From: a virus
Lineage: Duplodnaviria; Caudoviricetes
Reading direction: 5' to 3' (one strand)
Length of the DNA: 32,043 nucleotides
IMG/VR virus record: IMGVR_UViG_3300027212_000022
Location: 1 to 32,043 of that record
Shown in pieces: positions 1-8,621 of the stretch. Every line of letters starts with the position of its first letter. Position 1 is the stretch's first letter. The position numbers were made by a program, and so were the translations under genes. Under the pieces are notes generated by a model. The model was not told the origin of the DNA, ran no database searches, and saw nothing but the letters and a program-made list of their open reading frames with translations.

Positions 1-340
1 ATTCAATGGATTCAAATTGTTTTTTGTTTTGACAATTAATTCGCCCGAATCATCAACATCGACGTTGAAATTTTGGTTCAAATAATTGTTCACGGCCGGA
101 ATCACAACATCGGATGAAACGATCAACGATTTTTTCGCGATCATCGAATTGATGATTGATTCACGTTTGAACGATTTAATTGCGGCCTTTGCTTCGTTTT
201 CCTTTGCCGGAATGATTTCATCAACCAAACGTTTGTTTTCGTTGGTTAATTCAATCAATCGATTTTGCAGTTCCTCGGCGCCCGTGTTTGTCGCCCTGGT
301 TGATTTCTCAAATGCCACGTTGATGATATCGTCGAACTTT
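1..340. repeat. Terminal direct repeat, copy 1 (circularisation overlap)
   Basis: Matches 31704-32043 apart from one mismatch that I found (C46 vs G31749). Confidence 0.97.
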
Positions 341-588
341 TTATCCTTGACATCATCCGGCGACAATGAAAACGTTTTTTTGATTTTGTGTTCGATTTTC
401 GACAATTGTTCGCCGCGAATTTCGTCCTTTATTGGTTGAATGAATTCCGGATCGTTTTTCAAAACGTCGCGTTGAATTGATTTGAACGATGTGACAATTT
501 CGTCAACGTTCGCATCGTCGGAATTTAATTTGGTTAACGTATCGGCGTTGATTCCGATTTTTTTCAAAAATGTTTCGATGTTCGTCAT
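1..588 (-). CDS. Capsid scaffolding protein, 5' part (continues across the junction to 31470; about 273 aa in total)
   Basis: ATG at 588 (MTNIETFLKKIGINAD...) is in frame with the 31470..32021 ORF through the repeat. The protein is charged, coiled-coil-like, has no Cys and lies directly upstream of the capsid gene. Confidence 0.75.
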   Translation of the reverse strand, partial: MTNIETFLKKIGINADTLTKLNSDDANVDEIVTSFKSIQRDVLKNDPEFIQPIKDEIRGEQLSKIEHKIKKTFSLSPDDVKDKKFDDIINVAFEKSTRATNTGAEELQNRLIELTNENKRLVDEIIPAKENEAKAAIKSFKRESIINSMIAKKSLIVSSDVVIPAVNNYLNQNFNVDVDDSGELIVKTKNNLNPLN

Positions 589-597
589 GTTGGATTT

Positions 598-855
598 TTA
601 ATTGATTTGTGATTCACTTGTTTCGTCGATTGTTGATTCCGGTGTTTGATCCGGTGTTTCAACGTCAACGGTTTTTTTGGTTTTTTTGTTTGGTGTTGGT
701 GTTGGTGTTGGCGTGAATTTGATTTTTTCACGGGCCGATTCGTCGATGATGTCGAATTGTTTGTGTCGCCCTGTTTTTTTCATCAAATCCCATGCAACCA
801 TTGTGATTTCGGAAATCTTTCCCGTTTTCACATTTAAAACTTTGATTTTTTTCAT
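598..855 (-). CDS. Hypothetical 85-aa protein with a PT-repeat, low-complexity C-terminal half
   Basis: ORF fits the operon packing, has an A-rich start context and a TATATTTG motif just upstream. Confidence 0.75.
   Translation of the reverse strand: MKKIKVLNVKTGKISEITMVAWDLMKKTGRHKQFDIIDESAREKIKFTPTPTPTPNKKTKKTVDVETPDQTPESTIDETSESQIN
691..714. repeat. (TGGTGT)x4 imperfect tandem repeat encoding TPTPTPTP
   Basis: tggtgt tggtgt tggtgt tggcgt read directly. Confidence 0.85.
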
Positions 856-870
856 TGTGTTGTTTTTTTA

Positions 871-878
871 CAAATATA
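871..878 (-). promoter_or_regulatory. Bacteroidota-type -7 promoter element (TATATTTG)
   Basis: Matches TAnnTTTG; intergenic, 15 nt upstream of the ATG at 855. Confidence 0.55.
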
Positions 879-883
879 AAATT

Positions 884-1078
884 TTATTGAACCCCAATTG
901 CAATTGATTGATTCGATGTAATTAATGCAAAAAACCATTCCGATCCCTCCGGAATTAATTCATTTGAAATCGTTTCATTTTTAACGATTGTATAAATTTT
1001 TTTTAATGTTTCAATGTCATTGTTGGCCGATGCGATTTCGGTCGCCTCCGATAATTTGGTCATTTGTTCGATTGTCAT
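884..1078 (-). CDS. 64-aa protein, candidate immunity partner of the MuF peptidase
   Basis: ATGA overlap with the stop of the upstream MuF-like gene. The function is inferred from position only. Confidence 0.55.
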   Translation of the reverse strand: MTIEQMTKLSEATEIASANNDIETLKKIYTIVKNETISNELIPEGSEWFFALITSNQSIAIGVQ

Positions 1079-2778
1079 TTTTTAAAATATTGCGTGATTG
1101 TTGATTTTTCGATATTGTATTCATCAAATAATTTATCCATAAAAAAACTAACTTTTGGATGTGTTTCAATTAACCATTCCGGCGCGTAAACATAGGCCGT
1201 AAATGATTCGGCCCAAAATTCTGAATGATTAACTTCGCCGTATTTTGTGGGCGCATCCGATAATTTTATTTTTAATTTTTTCATCAAATCTTTCATTTTC
1301 ACATGTCCTTTTGGATCCCCCCTATAAAATGCGATTTGATTTGGATCGACTTTGTTATGTATCAAATGTGCAAATTCATGTGTAATTGTTGGCGCAACGT
1401 TTTGATCGATAACACGCGAAACGGATGAAATCGTCCAAAATTTATTTCCATTAAAACGAGTTTTTGAAATCATCAAACATTCATCTGAATAATTACGTCC
1501 CTCAATTTTTTGATTGTCCTTTATTAAAACGGACAACATTGAATTGTCTGTATAACAAACGCCACCGGCATCACTTGGAACCTTTGCGATTTGTTTTGGA
1601 TTTATTTGTTGTTTTGATTTCCACAAATCCGAATTTGAATTTGATGATGGATTTCCACGTTCGGATTCATTTAATAATCCAACAACGGTTTTTTTTTCAT
1701 TTGCTATTTCGGCCGCGCCGTCTTGACCATTAACCAAATCAATAAAGTTTTTTTGAATGGATGGCGATTGTGTTGTTGCTAAAAATTCCGAATTGTATTC
1801 ATTTTTTTTATTTGCCGATTGATTTTTTTCATTTGTTTTATTTGCATCATTTAAAACTTCATTGATTTGTTGATCAACTTTCGTTTCAACTTTCGTTTGT
1901 TCCAATCCCAATTTTTCGCGTTGTGATTTGGTCAATTTGAAAGGGATGGCGGCGTGTCGACAATTATAACCGCCACGATACACGATAAAATTGTCCGGTG
2001 TTGTTCCGGAAATCATTCCGGTTCCGTTATTGTTGGCCCAATTTATTTCACTTTGCAATTCGGATTTTTGCAATACACGTTTTCCAACCCAACGTCGACA
2101 TTGGGGCCGTGAATCGTCAATCAATGAACCAACATATCGAAACGCATCCAATCCGAATTCATCGGCAATTCGCGCGTTTGTTTGGCCATCAAATTGGCCT
2201 AATGCGTCGCGTGATACTTGTTTCACATATCGTGAATAAAGGCCGTCAATATTCGGATTTCCCAAAACATAATTTCTCAAATATTCCTCCAATTGCGTTC
2301 GATTTGTTCCGGCGACGATATTTTGAAAAATACCTTGACGAACCGGTTCAATGAAATTTGTGTTCACGCCGGATCCGGTCAACCCGTTCAACGTTGTTTC
2401 AACGGCCAATTTTTGAACCGGTGAAACCAATTTTTCCAATTCGGATTTTGACAAATCGTTCACATTTTTATGAATGTCAAAATTGAAATCCGAAATCGTT
2501 TGAAAATTTCGTAAATATTTTGTGATTGCCGACGGCATGGTTGAACCTTGAATTGCGTCAATCATGATTCGATCCAATGAATTCACCAAATCAATGTTTT
2601 TTTCATCGAATTGAATTGTTCCACCCTCAACATTCAATTTGTTGATGGCCTTTTTTAAATCTTCAAAAATGATTTTTTCAACGTCATTCAATTGACCATA
2701 CAAATCCAATTCGGCCGTGTCGATTGTTTTGATTTTTTTATCAATGATTTTGATGATCGCGTCGGTGAATTCGGCCAT
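1075..2778 (-). CDS. MuF/SPP1 gp7-like minor head protein with a C-terminal zincin metallopeptidase domain
   Basis: Follows the portal. Has YVGSLIDDSRPQC...RGGYNCRH (minor-head signature), then THEFAHLIH and EFWAESFTAY. Confidence 0.8.
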   Translation of the reverse strand: MAEFTDAIIKIIDKKIKTIDTAELDLYGQLNDVEKIIFEDLKKAINKLNVEGGTIQFDEKNIDLVNSLDRIMIDAIQGSTMPSAITKYLRNFQTISDFNFDIHKNVNDLSKSELEKLVSPVQKLAVETTLNGLTGSGVNTNFIEPVRQGIFQNIVAGTNRTQLEEYLRNYVLGNPNIDGLYSRYVKQVSRDALGQFDGQTNARIADEFGLDAFRYVGSLIDDSRPQCRRWVGKRVLQKSELQSEINWANNNGTGMISGTTPDNFIVYRGGYNCRHAAIPFKLTKSQREKLGLEQTKVETKVDQQINEVLNDANKTNEKNQSANKKNEYNSEFLATTQSPSIQKNFIDLVNGQDGAAEIANEKKTVVGLLNESERGNPSSNSNSDLWKSKQQINPKQIAKVPSDAGGVCYTDNSMLSVLIKDNQKIEGRNYSDECLMISKTRFNGNKFWTISSVSRVIDQNVAPTITHEFAHLIHNKVDPNQIAFYRGDPKGHVKMKDLMKKLKIKLSDAPTKYGEVNHSEFWAESFTAYVYAPEWLIETHPKVSFFMDKLFDEYNIEKSTITQYFKK

Positions 2779-2787
2779 TGGTCAAAA

Positions 2788-4695
2788 TTAAGCCGTTACC
2801 GGCGTTTTAATTGGTGAACCCAATATGTTTTCCGCTTGGTTCATATCAAACCCATAAATCGTTTGTAATAACGTCAACGCCGCGTCGCGTTGTGTGATTC
2901 CTTGGGAAACGGATTGTTGAATTTGCAAAATACCTTGAACGCCACCAACGGTTCCCTTTAAATTCGCCTGGGCCTGGGCCCGTTGACGATTCAATTCCGT
3001 ATCGCCTCCAAATTCACCGGAAACATCAATGACGGTTTTCGGAATATACGATTCCAACATTGGCGCCATTGCCAAATCCAATTGATTGAAAATGTCACCC
3101 AATGGTTGTTCCAAAAATTGTGTTCCGTTTAACGCAACCAAACCGGCCAATGTTTTATAAGCGAACAACGATTTCAACAAATCATCCTTTCGAATCGTTC
3201 CGGATGCCAACAACATTTGTTTGTCCTTAGTGTTTAAATTGAAAATTGGATCGTATGAAACCAAAACTTCAACCATTCGCGAAACGGATTTGTTTCCGGA
3301 AAAACGTTTTCGGGCCAAATCCTTTGTTGACTCAACCAAAAACGCAACCGGCGCGTTTTTATCCGATAATTTCGTGATTTCATCAATCAAATCGGATTCG
3401 GATTTCATCGAAAACGAAATCGGTTTCACGATGATTGGATCCGACGGTTCAACGACATTTCGATATTTTTCAATGAAAACCAATGAACGATAAATGATTT
3501 CATCGAATACGTTGTTTGAAATCTTTGTCAATTGCGAAAATGAATCCTCACGATCGATTTGTTTGGCCGTTCCGCTTTGCGCCTCATCAATGGTTGTTAA
3601 ATGTAGTGCGTCCTCGGCCTTTCTTAACAATGTTTCCCATGCTTCACCCGAATATTTGATGATATCAACCGGCGGCGAAATGAATCGCAACATCGGTTCG
3701 GATGATGTTGTTTCACCCATTGCGGAATTTCCTTTCTCACGAATGAAAACGCCAAATGGCGAACGCGAAATCACGCGGCCCGAACCTTTGCATGTTCCAC
3801 AACGATCATGTTCGTCGGTTTCGGAATTATACACAATCCCGTTTCGACATCCTTTCGCGTCGCATGTTTCGGCCTGTTCCTCACGATATGGAAACGCCGA
3901 TGTGGTCATGACCGCCGTCCAATCCGAATATTGGCGAATTGCTTCATTGGCAAACGGAACGAACGCCGAAAAATACGAATCGAAAAAATTTTCATCGGTG
4001 TAATCGCCACCCAAAACGATGGCCGGAACCATCCCAATGTTGTGTTCGTAAATCAAAACCGTGTTAAATTTCCGGTCGATTTTGGAACCAAATTGTTCGT
4101 GACGATAAAAACCCGTTTCCGTCAATGAATAATAAACACATCCATCGTCAACATTGCGTCCATTAACGCGAACCATTGAATGTTCATTTTCGGTTTCCCA
4201 GGTAATAATGTTTTCATCCAAAACCTTTATTTGATCCGACATTATCAACACCGGTTCAACATCAACCTTTTTTGATGGATCGGTCAACCCGTCGCCGGAT
4301 GGAATCCACGCCAAAAATCCGTTCGGATCTTCAATCATCCGACGCATGATGAATTTTTGGATGTACGAATAAAAAAATTGACCATTGAATTTTTTTTCCG
4401 ACAAATATGTGTTCAATTCGTCCGAAACCGAAATCGAAAAATTGGCGTTTTGGAATATCCGAAACAATTTGTCGATGGCCCGATTCATCGAACCTTTCGT
4501 GATTGGTTCATAAATCGACAAACGATATTTTTGAACCTCCGGATCTTCATTCGGTCGCCGTTGTGTCAATATGCGTTCCGGATTGCGGCCGCGTGTATGG
4601 ATGAACATCGTTTCCCGAACACGGTTCCAATGTTCGTATTTTTTCGGATGATAGCGATCATCATTTAATAAGGCCGGAATTTGTTCGATATTCAT
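2788..4695 (-). CDS. Portal protein with a Cys4 zinc-finger-like insertion
   Basis: 635 aa, upstream of MuF/scaffold/capsid, with a portal-like AQSGTAKQIDRE motif and helical character. Confidence 0.8.
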   Translation of the reverse strand: MNIEQIPALLNDDRYHPKKYEHWNRVRETMFIHTRGRNPERILTQRRPNEDPEVQKYRLSIYEPITKGSMNRAIDKLFRIFQNANFSISVSDELNTYLSEKKFNGQFFYSYIQKFIMRRMIEDPNGFLAWIPSGDGLTDPSKKVDVEPVLIMSDQIKVLDENIITWETENEHSMVRVNGRNVDDGCVYYSLTETGFYRHEQFGSKIDRKFNTVLIYEHNIGMVPAIVLGGDYTDENFFDSYFSAFVPFANEAIRQYSDWTAVMTTSAFPYREEQAETCDAKGCRNGIVYNSETDEHDRCGTCKGSGRVISRSPFGVFIREKGNSAMGETTSSEPMLRFISPPVDIIKYSGEAWETLLRKAEDALHLTTIDEAQSGTAKQIDREDSFSQLTKISNNVFDEIIYRSLVFIEKYRNVVEPSDPIIVKPISFSMKSESDLIDEITKLSDKNAPVAFLVESTKDLARKRFSGNKSVSRMVEVLVSYDPIFNLNTKDKQMLLASGTIRKDDLLKSLFAYKTLAGLVALNGTQFLEQPLGDIFNQLDLAMAPMLESYIPKTVIDVSGEFGGDTELNRQRAQAQANLKGTVGGVQGILQIQQSVSQGITQRDAALTLLQTIYGFDMNQAENILGSPIKTPVTA

Positions 4696-4698
4696 ATT

Positions 4699-5781
4699 TT
4701 AACAAGTTAGATTTTTTGAACAATCACAATGTTCGAATTTTATATCGGCCCACCATCGCGTTCCGGTTTCATTATTTTTTCCAATTTCACCCTGGAAATT
4801 ATATTCGCGCCCGTCAATCATGACATCAGCACCGGCGATAATTCCAATCAATTTTTTCGCGAATGGTTGTGGCAATGGAAACGTTTTCATCGTCCATGAT
4901 TCACAAATTTGCGTTCCGGTTGTTTTGCGCGATGATTCAATGATTGATTTCGTAATTTGAAACGAATCGTTTTCAAAATAGGCCGGAACCCTTAGTTCGT
5001 TTGAATAAACAAATGGCGTTCCGCCTTGAACATTCGACCAATTGTTCCCGTAGTACATGCCAAAACAATCCGTTGATGAATAAACCGATGAAATCAAAAC
5101 CGAACGTTTTTCATTTTCGCAAACCTCCAATTTGAACGGTTCCGAACAAAAACAATCGACTTTGTCCGGATCGGTGAAAATTTCATTTATTGGATCCGTT
5201 GTTTTTGAAAAACAAAATTCAAAATAAAAACATGGATCCTTTAATAAAATGTTTGATATATAATCGGAAATGTATGTGAAATCAAATTCAATTTGTTGGA
5301 TTTGTGTTTCGGTCGATGTTCCATTGTATTCAAATGTTTCAAATTCGCCAATGAATTGATTTGAAATAATATCATCAAACAAACGGTTGTCAATTGGAAC
5401 GATTTCATCGTCACAACATGTTCGGATTTGAAATGATGCCATCCCCACAATTGTCGAAAACAAATTTGGTGTCGTCCATCCATCGTTCGTTCCAATAACC
5501 GCGTTATTTTGTTGAAATTGAAACGTGAATGTGTCGCCTATATTGAAAACATTCCAAAACGGCGAATCATTTCCGCACAAATTACAATTGACTGATTCGC
5601 CACAATCGCACAAAACCAATCCATCGCCAACAATCAATCGTGAACAATTCAATAATGTTCCACAATTGACAATTAGTTCATCGCATAATAAACGCGAATT
5701 TGGAACGGGACACGCGTTGATTTCCGAAATATCGCAATAAACAACATCGCCCAATTGATACGAATCAAATATTAATCCCAT
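4699..5781 (-). CDS. Cys-rich putative tail structural protein (360 aa, 21 Cys)
   Basis: Lies in the module downstream of the tape measure and looks beta-rich. No specific family recognised. Confidence 0.6.
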   Translation of the reverse strand: MGLIFDSYQLGDVVYCDISEINACPVPNSRLLCDELIVNCGTLLNCSRLIVGDGLVLCDCGESVNCNLCGNDSPFWNVFNIGDTFTFQFQQNNAVIGTNDGWTTPNLFSTIVGMASFQIRTCCDDEIVPIDNRLFDDIISNQFIGEFETFEYNGTSTETQIQQIEFDFTYISDYISNILLKDPCFYFEFCFSKTTDPINEIFTDPDKVDCFCSEPFKLEVCENEKRSVLISSVYSSTDCFGMYYGNNWSNVQGGTPFVYSNELRVPAYFENDSFQITKSIIESSRKTTGTQICESWTMKTFPLPQPFAKKLIGIIAGADVMIDGREYNFQGEIGKNNETGTRWWADIKFEHCDCSKNLTC

Positions 5782-5793
5782 GGTTCAAATTTA

Positions 5794-8610
5794 TTATAAT
5801 AATGACAAATATCCACAAACAATATATCGACCATTTCCCAAAGTTGAAATGTCCAATTCGGCCGTCGCGTTGTTTCCGGCGAAATCGTCGTCCATCAAAG
5901 CAACATTGAACAATTGCGGAATTCCGTTTGGCGATGGATTGTTTTCGGATTCCAAAATATTATTCACATTGCCGCCCAAATATGGTTCCATGAAAAATAT
6001 AAAATCGCCGTTTATGTTTGAATTATATCGAACACGAATTCGTTTGTAATCGTTTGGACAAAATGGATTTGTTACGGGAACAAACGCCGTTCCCGTGTTT
6101 AATATTCCTTGAATTTCAAAACCTATCAAATGTGAACTAATTGGCGCCACATTCGGTTCGTTTGGAATGGCGTTGACATCGAATGATTTGACCATGTTAA
6201 TGATGTACGGTGAACCAAACAATGGCGACAAATCTAATTGATAAATATATTCATAGTTGATTGTTCCATTTGACCAATTGTTGTTGATTCCCAATGTTGA
6301 AACATAGGTGTTCCCCAAAAACCCAACGTTTGTTCGATTCATGAATGTCGCCGTGTTTGCAACAAATACATTTGATCCATCGAATGGCGTGTTTTCCCAT
6401 CGAACGCGTGTCAAAAAATCGGTTGTGACATTGTTAAAATAATCTTTAACGATTAAATTCCCCAAATTTTGCCATCCGAACGGGAAACCGGCGACGCGAT
6501 TTGAAACGTGTTGTTCAAACATGAAAAACGTTGTTTCGGTCGCCGTTGGAAACGCGGCGTTTTTATAATAAACATTCAATGAAATCCTGGTCAAATATTG
6601 TTGGAAATAATCGCCGCCCCAATTTTCAAGGCAATCAATAAACGTCCCCACACTTATTTCAACATGATGTTGAATTCGTTCCTTTAATGTTGGACGAATG
6701 CAATTTGCGTTGATTTGTGAATTGAAATATTGGTTAAATGTTGAATCGGTTTCAACAACGCATGTATCACATGTTGAATCCGGTGTTGATGTGACCGGAA
6801 TTTGTTCGGAAATAAACGTGTTGACCATTGATCCATCGCCCGAATAAACGATTGCCGCCATTCGATATTTTCCAATCGGTGAAACGGTTGTGTCAACATA
6901 GGCCGAAACAATCCAATCGTCGCCGATATTCAATGAATTAACGGATGGCAAAACAATATGATTGTTTATTATTCCCGTTCCACCGGATGTTTGAATGACG
7001 GCCCGTGATGAATCGTAATTCGTTAAAAAATCGACGGTGTTATTTGTTCCGGTTTCATCGAATAATTCAAAAACACAATATCCCATCCCTCCAAAACTTG
7101 CATCGATTTTAACGCGAAACGTCACATTCGTTTTTTCAATTGTTGAAAAATTCAATTGTGTTCCGGTTGACCTGGTCAATTCAAATGTTGGCAATGGCGA
7201 CGTCCATCCGGTGAATTCCGACGGGCCGTTGTATAGCCCCAAATTATAAAAACGCGATGAATAATTCAATGAATTGTTCACGAAACATTCCGTTGGTTCA
7301 TCCAAAATCAATGTGTTTGGATCGCGAATGTATGTCAACGAACAAAGTTTTTTGTTGGCATTGTAAACCGAACCAATCAAATTTTCGTAATTCGAACCAA
7401 TTGCCGGATTCGGCGCGTTCACCGAATTTCGTCGCCATTTCGGATTGTTCAACAATGATGAATTCGCGATCCAATTTTCAATGTCGGAAATATGATAATA
7501 GTCAATTTGAATTTGAAAATTATTCGCGTCAACCCATCCGAAAACAACATCAAAATTTGTTTGACTAAATTGATTTGAACCCGTTCCAATTAAGTTCATC
7601 ACATAACCGGCCGGGTATGTCATGACGGCCGCGTTAACCTCAATAAACCAACCTTGTGGCGGCGGCGCGTTAACCGATGACGGATATTTTGAATCGAAAT
7701 CACATGTGAACGCAAACAACCAGGGATTGAACCAAACTTTGAATCCGGTGTCAATCGTATTCGCATAATTGAAAAAATATGTGATTCGTTTTTTGTCGCA
7801 AATCGCCGATTCGGTGAAAATGGTTGTGTCGGATGGACTACGAACAACGTCATTCATTAAAATTCCCGACGGGCCACCAGGTGTTTGAATTAACAATTGT
7901 TCCAAACACAAACAATCACATGGCGCCGGTGTTGATAATCCATCCAAATCAACTTTCGTACAAATACAAACGGAATCATCGGCGTTCAATACGCAAAAAT
8001 TGACATAACAATTCAAATTTTCATTCGGGCCGATTGGCAACCACGTACAATCAAAAGTTGATGAACCGCCGGATGGAATCGATAATGGAAAACCAACCGA
8101 AAACGCAAATTCATTTGGACAAATTCCATTGTCAAATGTATAATTAACATCAAATGATGTTGAATTTGATATTGTTATTGAAACCGGTGTTGATGCTGAA
8201 AATTGAACAACCGATCCGAAATCATGTGTTGTTGGCGAAACCGCGCCCGTTCCAAAAACAACCGCGTCAAAATTAAAAATTTGCGGCGTGTCTAATCCGT
8301 GTTGTGTTGTTTGAAAATTAATGGTTAATGTTTCCGGCGGCTTCATACCACAAACATCAAAAACAAGTTCAAACGTATCACCGGATTCGACTTGAAACGG
8401 ATATGATGGCGCCGCGCCGTTAATTGTAACAATTGTCACCGACCATGTCGTTCCGGAAAAACTCATTGAAATTGCTTCAACATCCAATCGCGTGTTGTAT
8501 ATATTTTCAACGTTGCATGTGATACGTTGACAACATCCCTCATAAATATAATTGATTCCAACACTTGAAGGAATCATACAATCGCCAAAACTAAAACGCG
8601 GAACCGCCAT
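5794..8610 (-). CDS. Large tail or adhesion protein with N-terminal Ig-like (ASH-type) domains (938 aa)
   Basis: DFGSV...SITISN...FPLSIPSGGSSTFDCTWLP pattern; position downstream of the tape measure. Confidence 0.6.
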   Translation of the reverse strand: MAVPRFSFGDCMIPSSVGINYIYEGCCQRITCNVENIYNTRLDVEAISMSFSGTTWSVTIVTINGAAPSYPFQVESGDTFELVFDVCGMKPPETLTINFQTTQHGLDTPQIFNFDAVVFGTGAVSPTTHDFGSVVQFSASTPVSITISNSTSFDVNYTFDNGICPNEFAFSVGFPLSIPSGGSSTFDCTWLPIGPNENLNCYVNFCVLNADDSVCICTKVDLDGLSTPAPCDCLCLEQLLIQTPGGPSGILMNDVVRSPSDTTIFTESAICDKKRITYFFNYANTIDTGFKVWFNPWLFAFTCDFDSKYPSSVNAPPPQGWFIEVNAAVMTYPAGYVMNLIGTGSNQFSQTNFDVVFGWVDANNFQIQIDYYHISDIENWIANSSLLNNPKWRRNSVNAPNPAIGSNYENLIGSVYNANKKLCSLTYIRDPNTLILDEPTECFVNNSLNYSSRFYNLGLYNGPSEFTGWTSPLPTFELTRSTGTQLNFSTIEKTNVTFRVKIDASFGGMGYCVFELFDETGTNNTVDFLTNYDSSRAVIQTSGGTGIINNHIVLPSVNSLNIGDDWIVSAYVDTTVSPIGKYRMAAIVYSGDGSMVNTFISEQIPVTSTPDSTCDTCVVETDSTFNQYFNSQINANCIRPTLKERIQHHVEISVGTFIDCLENWGGDYFQQYLTRISLNVYYKNAAFPTATETTFFMFEQHVSNRVAGFPFGWQNLGNLIVKDYFNNVTTDFLTRVRWENTPFDGSNVFVANTATFMNRTNVGFLGNTYVSTLGINNNWSNGTINYEYIYQLDLSPLFGSPYIINMVKSFDVNAIPNEPNVAPISSHLIGFEIQGILNTGTAFVPVTNPFCPNDYKRIRVRYNSNINGDFIFFMEPYLGGNVNNILESENNPSPNGIPQLFNVALMDDDFAGNNATAELDISTLGNGRYIVCGYLSLL

Positions 8611-8621
8611 ATTTTTATTTT

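Noticed and set aside
1081-1680. Recent horizontal acquisition of the peptidase domain, judged by composition
   Set aside because: I count about 16 AG/CT steps in these 600 nt versus 10 in bases 1-600. The region is still strongly depleted and the difference is too small to support the claim.
2783-5793. TAnnTTTG motifs at 2783-2790 and 5786-5793 as promoters
   Set aside because: They lie only 4 nt from the next ATG and overlap or abut stop codons. Chance matches are likely in AT-rich DNA, although leaderless transcripts cannot be excluded.
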